In this document: positions 1 to 9,120 of the stretch, in pieces
Layout: the number at the start of each line of letters is the position of its first letter
Numbering within the stretch: position 1 is the stretch's first letter
NCBI GenBank assembly: GCA_040080595.1
Contig: JBEBIC010000001.1
Span: forward strand, 1-43,746
DNA length: 43,746 nt
Direction: 5' to 3'
DNA from: Bacteroidia bacterium
Lineage (GTDB): Bacteria > Bacteroidota > Bacteroidia > UBA4408
Program-made: the position numbers and the translations under genes
Notes under the pieces: model-generated
What the model was told of the DNA's origin: nothing
What the model saw: the letters and a program-made list of their open reading frames with translations, nothing else
Database searches by the model: none

Positions 1-912
1 ATTAATACTTCCGCCTAAGTTGTCTAAGCCTAAGCCAAAACTTCTTATACCGTTATTGTTATATACCTCTTGTGTTACTTGTTTTGTTTTTGCGGTTACA
101 CTTTCCCATTGCTCTGTAGTAACCGTGCCTTTGCCTTGGTAGCTGTAGCCTAAGGTATATCCAAATTCTCCGCCTATTGATATTTTTGGAGCAAAGAAAT
201 ATTCCACACCTACAAAGCCACGCGCACCTATACCAAAGGTAGCTCCTGTTTTTTCCGAAACTTTGCGCACATCAGCTCTTGGAGCTACACCCGCTACTAT
301 ATTATTGTTGCCTAAATTGGTGGTTAATGGAGCATTGTTTATAGAATCCATAGTGTTACCATACGTATAGTTAAAATTGAGCGTAGAAAAATTTAAAATC
401 CCCTCAAACCCATATATACCTTGCACTCTACCTTTTCCTCTACGCCATTCTTTACCCGCAGCCAGTACTATATCGTTGCGTTTTATGGTTTGAATATCGG
501 TTACAAACTTAGGATCTAGCGTTGTACCAAAAGCGGTGTCTTGCGCTATTGTAGCTCGGTTTGATACTGTACCTAAATTCATTAACAAACGTGCACGATA
601 AGCCGTTTTAGTAAAACCTTGAGGCAACATTTTTTTGCCAAACAAAGCAATATTGTTTAACGGATTGCCTGGTGTAGCAAATGCAGGCGAACTACTTGTT
701 GCTGTACCATGAAAGAAATTTCCTACATATCCCAAAAATGGATTAGCAGCCACTCCCAAAGCATATTCGCCTGTTTCAGGCAATATGGGAGTACCTTTTT
801 TTGATTTTAATGTAGGGTCTTCGGTTGTTGCTGTGGTAGTGGTGCTTTGCGCATTTACTACAGTAGCTATTACCAACGACGAGTACAATAAAATATGTTT
901 TTTAATAGTCAT
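1..912 (-). CDS. Putative outer-membrane beta-barrel (porin-like) protein, 3' end cut by window edge
   Basis: Absent from the supplied ORF track because it has no stop in the window. Hand translation of the reverse strand from the ATG (CAT at 910-912) stays open for all 304 codons to position 1: MTIKKHILLYSSLVIATVVNAQSTTTTATTEDPTLKSKKG... The signal peptide ends VNAQ. It is followed by Gly/Tyr/Phe/Thr-rich alternating stretches (GARGFVGVEYFFAPKISIGGEFGYTLGYSYQGKG) typical of OM barrel strands. Family not recognised. Confidence 0.6.
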   Translation of the reverse strand, partial: MTIKKHILLYSSLVIATVVNAQSTTTTATTEDPTLKSKKGTPILPETGEYALGVAANPFLGYVGNFFHGTATSSSPAFATPGNPLNNIALFGKKMLPQGFTKTAYRARLLMNLGTVSNRATIAQDTAFGTTLDPKFVTDIQTIKRNDIVLAAGKEWRRGKGRVQGIYGFEGILNFSTLNFNYTYGNTMDSINNAPLTTNLGNNNIVAGVAPRADVRKVSEKTGATFGIGARGFVGVEYFFAPKISIGGEFGYTLGYSYQGKGTVTTEQWESVTAKTKQVTQEVYNNNGIRSFGLGLDNLGGSIN

Positions 913-954
913 GCTATTTTTATTATTAAGTGATTAAATATAAAATTGTGCTCG

Positions 955-1422
955 TTAGTTTAATGTAAAATCTTGTATAAATGCGCCTGTAGCAAATACG
1001 TTTACCATAGCCGAATTAGCTTTAAACACATGCACATCAGTTTGTGTAGCGCTTAGTGTACGAGTAGTTTCAAAGTCACCAATTCTAATTTCTACATTCA
1101 TAGGTTTTTGTCCTATTGCAAAGTTTGCAAACGTAAATTTACCGTTACCATCGGTAGTAGTTTTAAGTACTGTACTTGCGTAAGTAATAGTGCTAGAGGG
1201 GTTAAGAGCAAGATCTTTAGTGTCAATAATTAAATATACTGTTGCACCTGCTGCTTTGTCTATTTTAGTGTTGGTAAAGTCTATCTCGGCATTTAATGTA
1301 CCCGATATACTTGCTGTTGGTGCTACTGCTGTGGTGGCAGTATCGGTTGTTTTTTTCTTTTTGCAACTTTGTGTTGCTACTAATGTAGCTACTACAGCTA
1401 CTGCTAACATTACTTTTTTCAT
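955..1422 (-). CDS. Small lipoprotein, all-beta, carboxypeptidase-regulatory-like composition; function unknown
   Basis: 155 aa. Signal peptide with lipobox (LVATQSC) followed by a KKKK/Thr-rich tether. The body has a TTTDGNGKFTFANFAIGQ motif resembling CarboxypepD_reg/transthyretin-like sandwich domains. It lies 42 nt upstream of the barrel gene at 1-912, so co-transcription is likely. Confidence 0.6.
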   Translation of the reverse strand: MKKVMLAVAVVATLVATQSCKKKKTTDTATTAVAPTASISGTLNAEIDFTNTKIDKAAGATVYLIIDTKDLALNPSSTITYASTVLKTTTDGNGKFTFANFAIGQKPMNVEIRIGDFETTRTLSATQTDVHVFKANSAMVNVFATGAFIQDFTLN

Positions 1423-1656
1423 TGTTGTGTTTATTTATTAGTTAATATAATTTCAAAGATAGTATTTATTTGTTTGAACTGTCTTTAATAACATATAAAT
1501 TTAACTACAACGGCTTTATTAAACATTCATATAAAATAAACACCACCAGAAATGTCCACTTGAACTAAACGTATGTAAAAAAACACTAGAAACGTCTATT
1601 ACACCAATAATTTTAATTTATTTAATGCTTTAATAAACACAGCACTCTTGCGCATT

Positions 1657-2919
1657 TTAACGCATAGACTGTAACCTATGTGCATCTAACTTTACATAAA
1701 TAAACAACAATATAGTAAATGCCCATAACGAAGAGCCTCCATAACTAAAAAATGGTAGTGGAATACCTATAACTGGTGCTAGGCCTATTGCCATACCAAT
1801 ATTAATAAACATGTGTATAAACAGTATGGAGGCTACCGCATAACCATACACTCGTGTAAAGGTAGAGCGTTGCCGTTCGGCACTTAATATTATAGCTATT
1901 AATAAAAGTACAAACGTTGCTATTACTACTGTACAGCCCACAAAGCCCCACTCCTCTCCTACGGTGCAAAATATAAAATCGGTACTTTGCTCAGGCACAA
2001 AGTTGTATTTTGTTTGCGTACCTTGCAAGTAGCCCTTGCCCGAAAAACCACCACTACCAAAAGCTATAAGCGATTGATTTACATTGTAACCTACACCTTT
2101 CTTATCTTCCAGCTTACCCAACAATACATTTATACGGTTGCGCTGATGTTGCTGCAACACTTTATTAAATACATAGTCCACGCTAAATATCATACCCGAA
2201 CACAGTACAAATATTCCTGCTACTAAAAAAAAATCTTTCCAACGCTTGCGCATAGGTATAAATGCAAGTGCGCACAATACGCCTATTATACTTATTAAAA
2301 TAACTTTATCAAACAGCAATGCTAACACAAACAAGAATGCCGCTAACACGCCCAGCAATAGTATGTTTCCGCTTAATCCCTCGCGGTAAAGCACCAATAT
2401 AAATGCTGCAAATACAAGTGTAGAACCTGTATCGTTTTGCATGAGTATAAGTACTGCGGGTATGCCTATTATAACTGCCGAAATTATACGTGTGCTTGCA
2501 TCTTGCATACGTATGCCCACTTGACTGAGGTATTTGGCAAGTGCCAATGCAGTGGCAAACTTAGCAAACTCGGAGGGTTGCACTTTAAATGGCCCTATAT
2601 TAAACCAACTATTTGCACCATTAGTGGCTGAAGTATAAGCGAGCGTTATAATTAATAAAAATAAAAAGAATCCATAAATAGGATACGCAAATGTGGTAAA
2701 AAAGTTACCATCAACCAATAGTATAAATGTAGCCAATGCCACAGCACCTACTATCCACATAAGTTGGCGACCATAACTTTGCGATATATCCAATATGTTG
2801 GCGTGCTCCTCGTTGTACACGGCAGCATATATATTTAACCAACCCATAAACACTAGTATGGCATACAAGCCTACTATTTGTTTATCAATGCCTACGAATA
2901 ATTTTTTTTGGTTTGACAT
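1657..2919 (-). CDS. rodA: Peptidoglycan glycosyltransferase RodA (SEDS family, FtsW/RodA/SpoVE)
   Basis: 420 aa polytopic membrane protein with the SEDS C-terminal signature (GIPLPFFSYGGSSL). It sits immediately downstream of mrdA and overlaps it by 35 nt, the classical mrdA-rodA pairing. Confidence 0.9.
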   Translation of the reverse strand: MSNQKKLFVGIDKQIVGLYAILVFMGWLNIYAAVYNEEHANILDISQSYGRQLMWIVGAVALATFILLVDGNFFTTFAYPIYGFFLFLLIITLAYTSATNGANSWFNIGPFKVQPSEFAKFATALALAKYLSQVGIRMQDASTRIISAVIIGIPAVLILMQNDTGSTLVFAAFILVLYREGLSGNILLLGVLAAFLFVLALLFDKVILISIIGVLCALAFIPMRKRWKDFFLVAGIFVLCSGMIFSVDYVFNKVLQQHQRNRINVLLGKLEDKKGVGYNVNQSLIAFGSGGFSGKGYLQGTQTKYNFVPEQSTDFIFCTVGEEWGFVGCTVVIATFVLLLIAIILSAERQRSTFTRVYGYAVASILFIHMFINIGMAIGLAPVIGIPLPFFSYGGSSLWAFTILLFIYVKLDAHRLQSMR

Positions 2920-4741
2920 GCATTTTATTTAAAAGATTAGCTTCCATCATTCTTTTTTCTACATCGGGGCGAGAGGTAGCAGTATCGGGGCGTAAATATT
3001 TTTCGAGCATTAAACTGGCTATTGGCACAGCGTAACTATTACCAAAACCTGCATTTTCTACCATTATGCCTATGGCTATTTTAGGGTCTTCGGCAGGTGC
3101 ATAACATACAAATAGCGAGTGGTCGTTACCATGCGGGTTTTGTGCTGTACCTGTTTTGCCTGCTACGGTTATGCCTCTAATCTTAGCATTGGTAGCCGTT
3201 CCGCTGGTTACTTTGCTCATACCTTCTATTATAGGATCAAAATATTTGGCAGCTACTTTAGTATAGTTTTTAGTTTGAAATTCTTTTTTCAAAAACTTTT
3301 TATCGCCCACCGATTTTACAATGTGTGGCGTGTAATAGTAACCACGATTGGCAATAGTACTGGTAATATTAGCCATTTGCAATGGTGTAATACCTAGCTC
3401 TCCCTGCCCAATACTCAATGATATAATGGTGTAAGCATTCCAATGTCCTTTACCAAAATATTTATTGTAATACGCCACAGTAGGTATGCGTCCTTTAAGC
3501 TCTTGGCTTCCTAAGTCGGTATTTATTTTACGTCCAATACCAAAACTCTCTACGTAATCGCGCCATGCAGCATACGCCTGCTCGGTATTAGGGTATTTAG
3601 GGTTTTGAATTATACTACGATACACGTACGCATAATAACTGTTGCAGGAGTTCATAACCGAGCCTGGCAAATTAAGCGGAGTAGGGTGCTGATGGCAAGC
3701 AGGATGTCCGCCACCTACAGGCCAGCCTCTATTGCAGCCATACATAGTGTTAGCGTGCAATACGCCCTCTTGCTCGGCAACTAATGCGTTTACCAATTTA
3801 AACGTAGAACCTGGTGGATAATACGCCATAAGGGCACGGTTAAACAAGGGTATGTGGTCGGCTTTTAATAATTCGCTATAATTTTTGGACCTGTTGCGTC
3901 CTACCAATAAATTAGGGTCGTAACTCGGGCTACTAATAACAGCAAGTATTTCGCCTGTTTTGGGTTCAATGGCAACTATACCTCCTACTTTGTTTTTCAT
4001 TAATTGCTCGCCGTACAATTGCATATCGGCATCTAACGAAGTAATAATGCTACTGCCCGCTACTGCCATGGTATCGTACATTCCATCTTTAAAATGTCCT
4101 TTGGGGCGGTTGTGTACGTCCACCATCATTACCTTAACTCCTTTTTGCCCACGCAATTCTTTTTCGTAACTCTGCTCTACACCAGTAATACCAATATAAT
4201 CGCCAGGCGAATAGTAATTGTTTTTGGCTGCTAATGCTTCGGTAACTTCGCCTATGTAGCCCAATACGTGCGCCGCAGTAGGTATTGGGTACTTGCGTAA
4301 GGTGCGACTTTGTACAAAAAAACCTTCCATTTTGTACAATTTTTCTTGCAATATGCCATACGTTGCGGCACTTATTTGGCGCTCAAATACGGAGGGTTTA
4401 TACTTTGAATATTTTTTTATTTTGGTAATGCGTTTTAAAAATTCGTCTTTAGGAATGTTTAAAATTTTGCATAAATCGTTAGTGTCTAAGTTTTTTATTT
4501 CTTTGGGCACTACCATTAAATCGTAGGCAGCTTCGTTATATACAAGTAACTTTCCCTTGCGGTCTAGTATTAAGCCACGTGCAGGAAACTCAGTCATATA
4601 GCGCAATACGTTGTTATTGGCTGATAGTGTATATTTATCATTAAGGACTTGTACATAAAACAAGCGTAACAAAAATATAGCTGCTATGGCTACTATAATG
4701 CCAATAACTACAAATCGGCGGTCGGTAAAAGCGTTGTTCAC
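2885..4741 (-). CDS. mrdA: Penicillin-binding protein 2 (elongasome transpeptidase)
   Basis: 618 aa. N-terminal TM anchor (FVVIGIIVAIAAIFLL), PBP dimerisation region, and transpeptidase motifs SxxK (GSTFK), SxN (SCNSYY) and KTG (GKTGTA). The start codon is GTG (CAC on the + strand at 4739-4741); no in-frame ATG precedes the TM anchor. Confidence 0.9.
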   Translation of the reverse strand: MNNAFTDRRFVVIGIIVAIAAIFLLRLFYVQVLNDKYTLSANNNVLRYMTEFPARGLILDRKGKLLVYNEAAYDLMVVPKEIKNLDTNDLCKILNIPKDEFLKRITKIKKYSKYKPSVFERQISAATYGILQEKLYKMEGFFVQSRTLRKYPIPTAAHVLGYIGEVTEALAAKNNYYSPGDYIGITGVEQSYEKELRGQKGVKVMMVDVHNRPKGHFKDGMYDTMAVAGSSIITSLDADMQLYGEQLMKNKVGGIVAIEPKTGEILAVISSPSYDPNLLVGRNRSKNYSELLKADHIPLFNRALMAYYPPGSTFKLVNALVAEQEGVLHANTMYGCNRGWPVGGGHPACHQHPTPLNLPGSVMNSCNSYYAYVYRSIIQNPKYPNTEQAYAAWRDYVESFGIGRKINTDLGSQELKGRIPTVAYYNKYFGKGHWNAYTIISLSIGQGELGITPLQMANITSTIANRGYYYTPHIVKSVGDKKFLKKEFQTKNYTKVAAKYFDPIIEGMSKVTSGTATNAKIRGITVAGKTGTAQNPHGNDHSLFVCYAPAEDPKIAIGIMVENAGFGNSYAVPIASLMLEKYLRPDTATSRPDVEKRMMEANLLNKMHVKPKKIIRRH

Positions 4742-4845
4742 GTGGAGGAGGAGAAAATAAAGTGTATGCTATAAAAGTAAACACAAGTGGTTAATACGTA
4801 CCGCTATGCGCTACTATATTTGTAACAATGGTTTGTTAGTAGTGG

Positions 4846-5409
4846 TTAATCTAAATCGGCAATGCCACCGCTTACAATAAATTTCATTACATCGGAGCTT
4901 GAAGCTGTTATAGGTTTTACGTTTTGTTTGGGAACTATTGCTACATAACCACTAAAGGCGTAGCTGTGCGGAAAATACACTGCTACCACATCTTCGGTTA
5001 TACCTAGGTGTTGTTCTATATCATCGTTGGTAATAAAACCTATGCGGTATTCTTCGTCGTGCTTATTTAATTTTACAAGTACGGGTTTATTAAATTTTTT
5101 GTCCTTGCCCATCAACGCCGATGTTAAATCTTTAACCGAAGTATATATTATTTTTATGCCTGGAGTTTTTACTAATACGCTATCAAAATAATCTAATACA
5201 GGTTGTGTAATAATACTTGAGCCCAAAAAACCTATGGCTGTAATGGCTGTTATTACTATTAAAAAACCTAAGCCTGGTATATCTATGGGTATAATACCAT
5301 CAACCAATGCCAAGGCACGCATTATTAAATAAAATGTAAGCGCAATGGGTATTATAAATATTGCGCCTTGTATAAAATAACGTAACAAGCGATTTAAAAC
5401 TGATGTCAT
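4846..5409 (-). CDS. DUF502 family membrane protein
   Basis: 187 aa. Two N-terminal TM helices, then a conserved soluble part (GFITNDD...VAVYFPHSYAFSGYVAIVP...) matching the DUF502 architecture as I remember it. Confidence 0.75.
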   Translation of the reverse strand: MTSVLNRLLRYFIQGAIFIIPIALTFYLIMRALALVDGIIPIDIPGLGFLIVITAITAIGFLGSSIITQPVLDYFDSVLVKTPGIKIIYTSVKDLTSALMGKDKKFNKPVLVKLNKHDEEYRIGFITNDDIEQHLGITEDVVAVYFPHSYAFSGYVAIVPKQNVKPITASSSDVMKFIVSGGIADLD

Positions 5410-5495
5410 TGTAGTTGTTTTAGCTGTTGTAAATGTAAAACGAGTGTACTGAAACTATTATAATTCAATACACTCGTTGTTTGTTGGTTTAATAA

Positions 5496-7562
5496 CTATC
5501 CTGCGTTAAGACCTGTATCTACTGGGCTAACGGTAATTTCGGGTGTTGTTTCTGTTTTAATTTCGGCGGTAATTGGTATTACTTTATCAAACGGACGCTT
5601 GCCTAATAATGCTTCCAAATCTTTTTGAAACAATACTTCTTTCTCTAATAATTTTTGTGCTAATACTTCTAACAAATCACGTTTAGAATTTAATAATTCT
5701 TTGGTGCGTTCGTACATAGTTTCTATTATTAAGCGTACTTCGTCGTCTATTATTTTTGCTAATGCTTCGGAGTATGGCTTGCCCGAAAACTCATTGCGGT
5801 TAGGGTCGTAAAACGATACGTTACCTACTTTTTCGCTCATACCATACATAGTTACCATACCGTAAGCAGTTTTAGTTATGCGTTCTAAATCGCTTAAAGC
5901 GCCTGTACTTATTTTACCAAATACTAATTGCTCAGCAGCACGTCCACCAAGGGTCATACACATAGTGTCATTTAATTGTTCTACTGTGTATAAAAATTGT
6001 TCTTTAGGTAAATATTGTGCGTAACCCAATGCAGCTATGCCACGTGGTACTATCGATACTTTTACCAATGGGTCGGCGTGTTCTAAGAACCAACCTGCCA
6101 ATGCGTGTCCTGCTTCGTGGTAGGCTACAATACGTTTTTCTTCAGGTGATATTAGTTTGTTTTTCTTTTCTAATCCACCAATAACTCTGTCTACCGCATC
6201 TTGAAAATCGTCCATACTTACCGCAGCATGTCCTCTACGTGCGCCTATTAGTGCGGCTTCGTTACATACGTTAGCTATTTCTGCTCCTGCAAAACCAGGT
6301 GTTTGTTCGGCCAATTGCAAGGCTGATACATTTGATTCTAATTTTAATGGTTTTAAATGCACGTTAAATATCGCTTCACGCCCAACAATATCAGGTTTAT
6401 CAATGCTTATTTGGCGGTCGAAGCGTCCTGGGCGCAATAGAGCTGCGTCCAATACATCGGGGCGGTTAGTTGCTGCAAGTATTATAATACCTGAGTTTGT
6501 GCCAAATCCGTCCATCTCTACTAACAATGAGTTTAGTGTGTTTTCACGCTCATCATTTCCTCCGCTAAATGTACCTTTTCCACGGCTACGTCCTACGGCA
6601 TCTATCTCATCTATAAACATAATACATGGTGCTTTGGCTTTGGCTTGTGCAAATAAATCGCGTACACGAGCAGCTCCTACACCTACAAACATTTCAACAA
6701 AGTCTGACCCACTCATACTAAAAAATGGAACATCGGCTTCGCCCGCTACCGCTTTGGCAAGTAATGTTTTACCAGTACCTGGAGGCCCTACAAGCAATGC
6801 GCCTTTAGGTATCTTAGCACCAAGGTCGGTAAATTTTTTAGGGTTTTTTAGGAACTCTACTATCTCTTGTATTTCTTCTTTTGCCTCTTCTAAACCCGCT
6901 ACATCTTTAAAAGTGATGTTTATTTTATCGTCTTTATCAAACAAAGTGGCTTTGGATTTGCCTATGCTAAATATACCAGAAGCACCGCCGCCGCCCATAC
7001 CGCCGCTCATTTTGCGCATTACAAACATCCAAATACCACCAAACAACACCAATGGCAATACCCATGTAAGTAAAAACTCACCCATCCAGTCTGAATGCTT
7101 TTCGTAGCTTACTTCTATTTTATCTTGTGGTGCAAATGTTTGTTGTGCAACTTCAAGTTTTTTATCAAAACTCTCTATAGAACCAATATTAAATTTAAAC
7201 TGTGGTTCAAGTTCGCCTGTTAATGAATTTTTTTTCTTGTTTACGTTTTTGTACGCAGGTTTAGTAAGCGATGTAGTTTTAATATACACCTCAGCTATTT
7301 CTTTATTTACAATAACTACACGTTGTATGTCTTTGGTTTGCAACATTTCATTTTCAAACTTTTGAAACGTTATTTCCTTAGGCCCAGTACCACTGTCGTT
7401 TACCAAATTAAGCCCAACCAAGGCAATGAGTATTATACCATAAATCCAATAAAAATTAAAGCCACCGCCCTCATTTTTTTTGTTGTTATTACTGCCTTTA
7501 GTAATTTTTGGTTTTAATTTAGCGAGCGGTGTTGTAGGCTCTTTTGTTGCTTCTGCTGACAT
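5496..7562 (-). CDS. ftsH: ATP-dependent zinc metalloprotease FtsH
   Basis: 688 aa. Two TM helices, AAA+ Walker A GPPGTGKT, Walker [10 protein letters not shown], and zinc site HEAGHAL. Confidence 0.97.
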   Translation of the reverse strand: MSAEATKEPTTPLAKLKPKITKGSNNNKKNEGGGFNFYWIYGIILIALVGLNLVNDSGTGPKEITFQKFENEMLQTKDIQRVVIVNKEIAEVYIKTTSLTKPAYKNVNKKKNSLTGELEPQFKFNIGSIESFDKKLEVAQQTFAPQDKIEVSYEKHSDWMGEFLLTWVLPLVLFGGIWMFVMRKMSGGMGGGGASGIFSIGKSKATLFDKDDKINITFKDVAGLEEAKEEIQEIVEFLKNPKKFTDLGAKIPKGALLVGPPGTGKTLLAKAVAGEADVPFFSMSGSDFVEMFVGVGAARVRDLFAQAKAKAPCIMFIDEIDAVGRSRGKGTFSGGNDERENTLNSLLVEMDGFGTNSGIIILAATNRPDVLDAALLRPGRFDRQISIDKPDIVGREAIFNVHLKPLKLESNVSALQLAEQTPGFAGAEIANVCNEAALIGARRGHAAVSMDDFQDAVDRVIGGLEKKNKLISPEEKRIVAYHEAGHALAGWFLEHADPLVKVSIVPRGIAALGYAQYLPKEQFLYTVEQLNDTMCMTLGGRAAEQLVFGKISTGALSDLERITKTAYGMVTMYGMSEKVGNVSFYDPNRNEFSGKPYSEALAKIIDDEVRLIIETMYERTKELLNSKRDLLEVLAQKLLEKEVLFQKDLEALLGKRPFDKVIPITAEIKTETTPEITVSPVDTGLNAG

Positions 7563-7670
7563 TTTTTTATAGTTGTATAAATAAGGTTTTACTAATTAAT
7601 TTGTTCAATACCTTGAGCAATTAATACGCCGAATAGCGCAACGTGAATTAGCAACGCCAATATGGCACGT

Positions 7671-8297
7671 TTAGTCTTTAATACGTGTAATAACGGCTTC
7701 GCTCCACAGTTTTTCTAAGTTGTAATGTTCGCGTGCGTCAGGCTGAAATACGTGCGCAACCACGTTTACGTAGTCAAGCAGTACCCATTCGGCAGCACCT
7801 TTTCCTTCAATATGAAACGGTTTTTCGTCAGCATTTTTACGTACCTCTTCCCATACACTATCTGCAATGGCAGCTACTTGCGTGGTAGATTCGGCTTGAC
7901 TTATTACAAAAAAATCGGTTACTGCATTTTCTACATCACGCAAGTCCATTACGGTTATGCGTTGTGCTTTCTTTTCTTGCATACCCATTATTATATGCTC
8001 TACTAACAGCTCAGCATTATCTACAGTTGCTTTCTTTTTCTTTTTGCTTGTCTTGCTAGGTAATTCTACTTTTGCAGGACTTACTTTTTTAGCTACAGCT
8101 TTTTTTGCAGCTACCTTTTTAGCAGCAACTTTCTTAGGAGCTACTGTTTTTTTAACAGCAGTTTTTTTAGGCGCAACTACTTTTTTAGCGGCATTTTTTT
8201 TAGCTGGTACAGCTTTTTTGGCGGTTACTTTCTTTGCCGCTACTTTTTTTACTGCAGTTTTTTTAGCTGCAACTGGTTTGGTTATCTTTGATGTCAT
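7671..8297 (-). CDS. rsfS: Ribosomal silencing factor RsfS (iojap) with a ~90-residue N-terminal Lys/Ala-rich histone-H1-like extension
   Basis: The C-terminal ~110 aa (LVEHIIMGMQEKKAQRITVMDLRDV...DFFVISQAES...WVLLDYVNVVAHVFQPDAREHYNLEKLW) is a clear RsfS/iojap domain. Residues 1 to ~92 (8022-8297) are AAKK/VAKK/APKK repeats. No Met lies upstream of the first RsfS helix other than M1, and using M1 leaves only a 60-nt gap to divergent birA. The position upstream of ftsH is conserved synteny as I recall it. Confidence 0.85.
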   Translation of the reverse strand: MTSKITKPVAAKKTAVKKVAAKKVTAKKAVPAKKNAAKKVVAPKKTAVKKTVAPKKVAAKKVAAKKAVAKKVSPAKVELPSKTSKKKKKATVDNAELLVEHIIMGMQEKKAQRITVMDLRDVENAVTDFFVISQAESTTQVAAIADSVWEEVRKNADEKPFHIEGKGAAEWVLLDYVNVVAHVFQPDAREHYNLEKLWSEAVITRIKD

Positions 8298-8306
8298 TAT
8301 ATGAAT

Positions 8307-8314
8307 TACGTTTG
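8307..8314 (+). promoter_or_regulatory. Candidate Bacteroidota sigma-A -7 box (TACGTTTG = TAnnTTTG) for birA
   Basis: Exact match to the TAnnTTTG consensus, 44 nt upstream of the birA ATG in the 60-nt divergent gap. Confidence 0.35.
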
Positions 8315-8357
8315 TATATTGTGTGCGAATTTAGGGTTTAATTAATTACCAATTGCA

Positions 8358-9107
8358 ATGAATACGTTATTTATAGGACAACATTTAATAACTTTAGATG
8401 AAACGGCATCTACCAACAGTTTTTTACAACTGTATATGCGCGAAAATGAAGGGGTAGCCGAGGGTTTGGTGGTAAGTGCCAAACACCAAACAGGTGGGCG
8501 TGGGCAACGAGGAAACTCTTGGCAAGCCACGCCAAATATGAATTTACTAGTAAGTATATTATTTAAACCAACGTTTATAAAACCTACAGAGCAATTTTAT
8601 TTTAACGCCGCCATTGCTTTGGGTGTACATCAATACATAAAAAGTAAATTGCCCAATAATGATGTAAAAATAAAATGGCCCAACGATATATTGGTTGATG
8701 GACAAAAAATAGCGGGTATATTAATAGAAAATCAGTTGAGCGGAAGCACCATTAGCACTAGTATTGTGGGTATTGGTATAAATATTAACGAACTAAATTT
8801 TGAACATTTACACAAAGCTACTTCGTTGCACGCCATTACTAACGCTCCTTATTCCCTTAGTAAAGAGCTTGATACTATGTGCGCGCACCTAGAGGCGCAG
8901 TACATAACACTGCGTAGCAACCCAAATAAAGTTTGGGAACTGTACCACGAACATTTATACCAAAAAAATATGCTGTGTAATTATATGCACAAATCGCAAC
9001 GTATGCAAGCTACTATTGAGGGCGTGCAAAAAGGCGGCAGACTGCAACTACGTAAGGATAGCGGCACTATAATTTCGTGCGATTTGCAAGAAATAAAATA
9101 TTTATAA
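8358..9107 (+). CDS. birA: Biotin--[acetyl-CoA-carboxylase] ligase, class I (no HTH)
   Basis: 249 aa. Biotin/ATP loop GGRGQRGNSW and KWPNDILVDGQKIAGILIE motif. There is no N-terminal DNA-binding domain. Confidence 0.85.
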   Translation: MNTLFIGQHLITLDETASTNSFLQLYMRENEGVAEGLVVSAKHQTGGRGQRGNSWQATPNMNLLVSILFKPTFIKPTEQFYFNAAIALGVHQYIKSKLPNNDVKIKWPNDILVDGQKIAGILIENQLSGSTISTSIVGIGININELNFEHLHKATSLHAITNAPYSLSKELDTMCAHLEAQYITLRSNPNKVWELYHEHLYQKNMLCNYMHKSQRMQATIEGVQKGGRLQLRKDSGTIISCDLQEIKYL

Positions 9108-9120
9108 AATTGATTTTAAA

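Noticed and set aside
6403-7107. 234-aa plus-strand ORF inside ftsH, with similar antisense ORFs in ldh (35214-35714), dxs (40569-41066) and fumC (43039-43497)
   Set aside because: All are fully embedded antisense to strongly conserved housekeeping genes, and their translations are low-complexity Ser/Pro/Ala-rich with no motifs.
7957-8304. 115-aa plus-strand ORF (FLAATFLGATV... repeats) opposite the rsfS tail
   Set aside because: This is the antisense reading of the AAKK repeat (GCnAAr read backwards gives Phe/Leu/Ala). The minus frame continues seamlessly into a bona fide RsfS domain.
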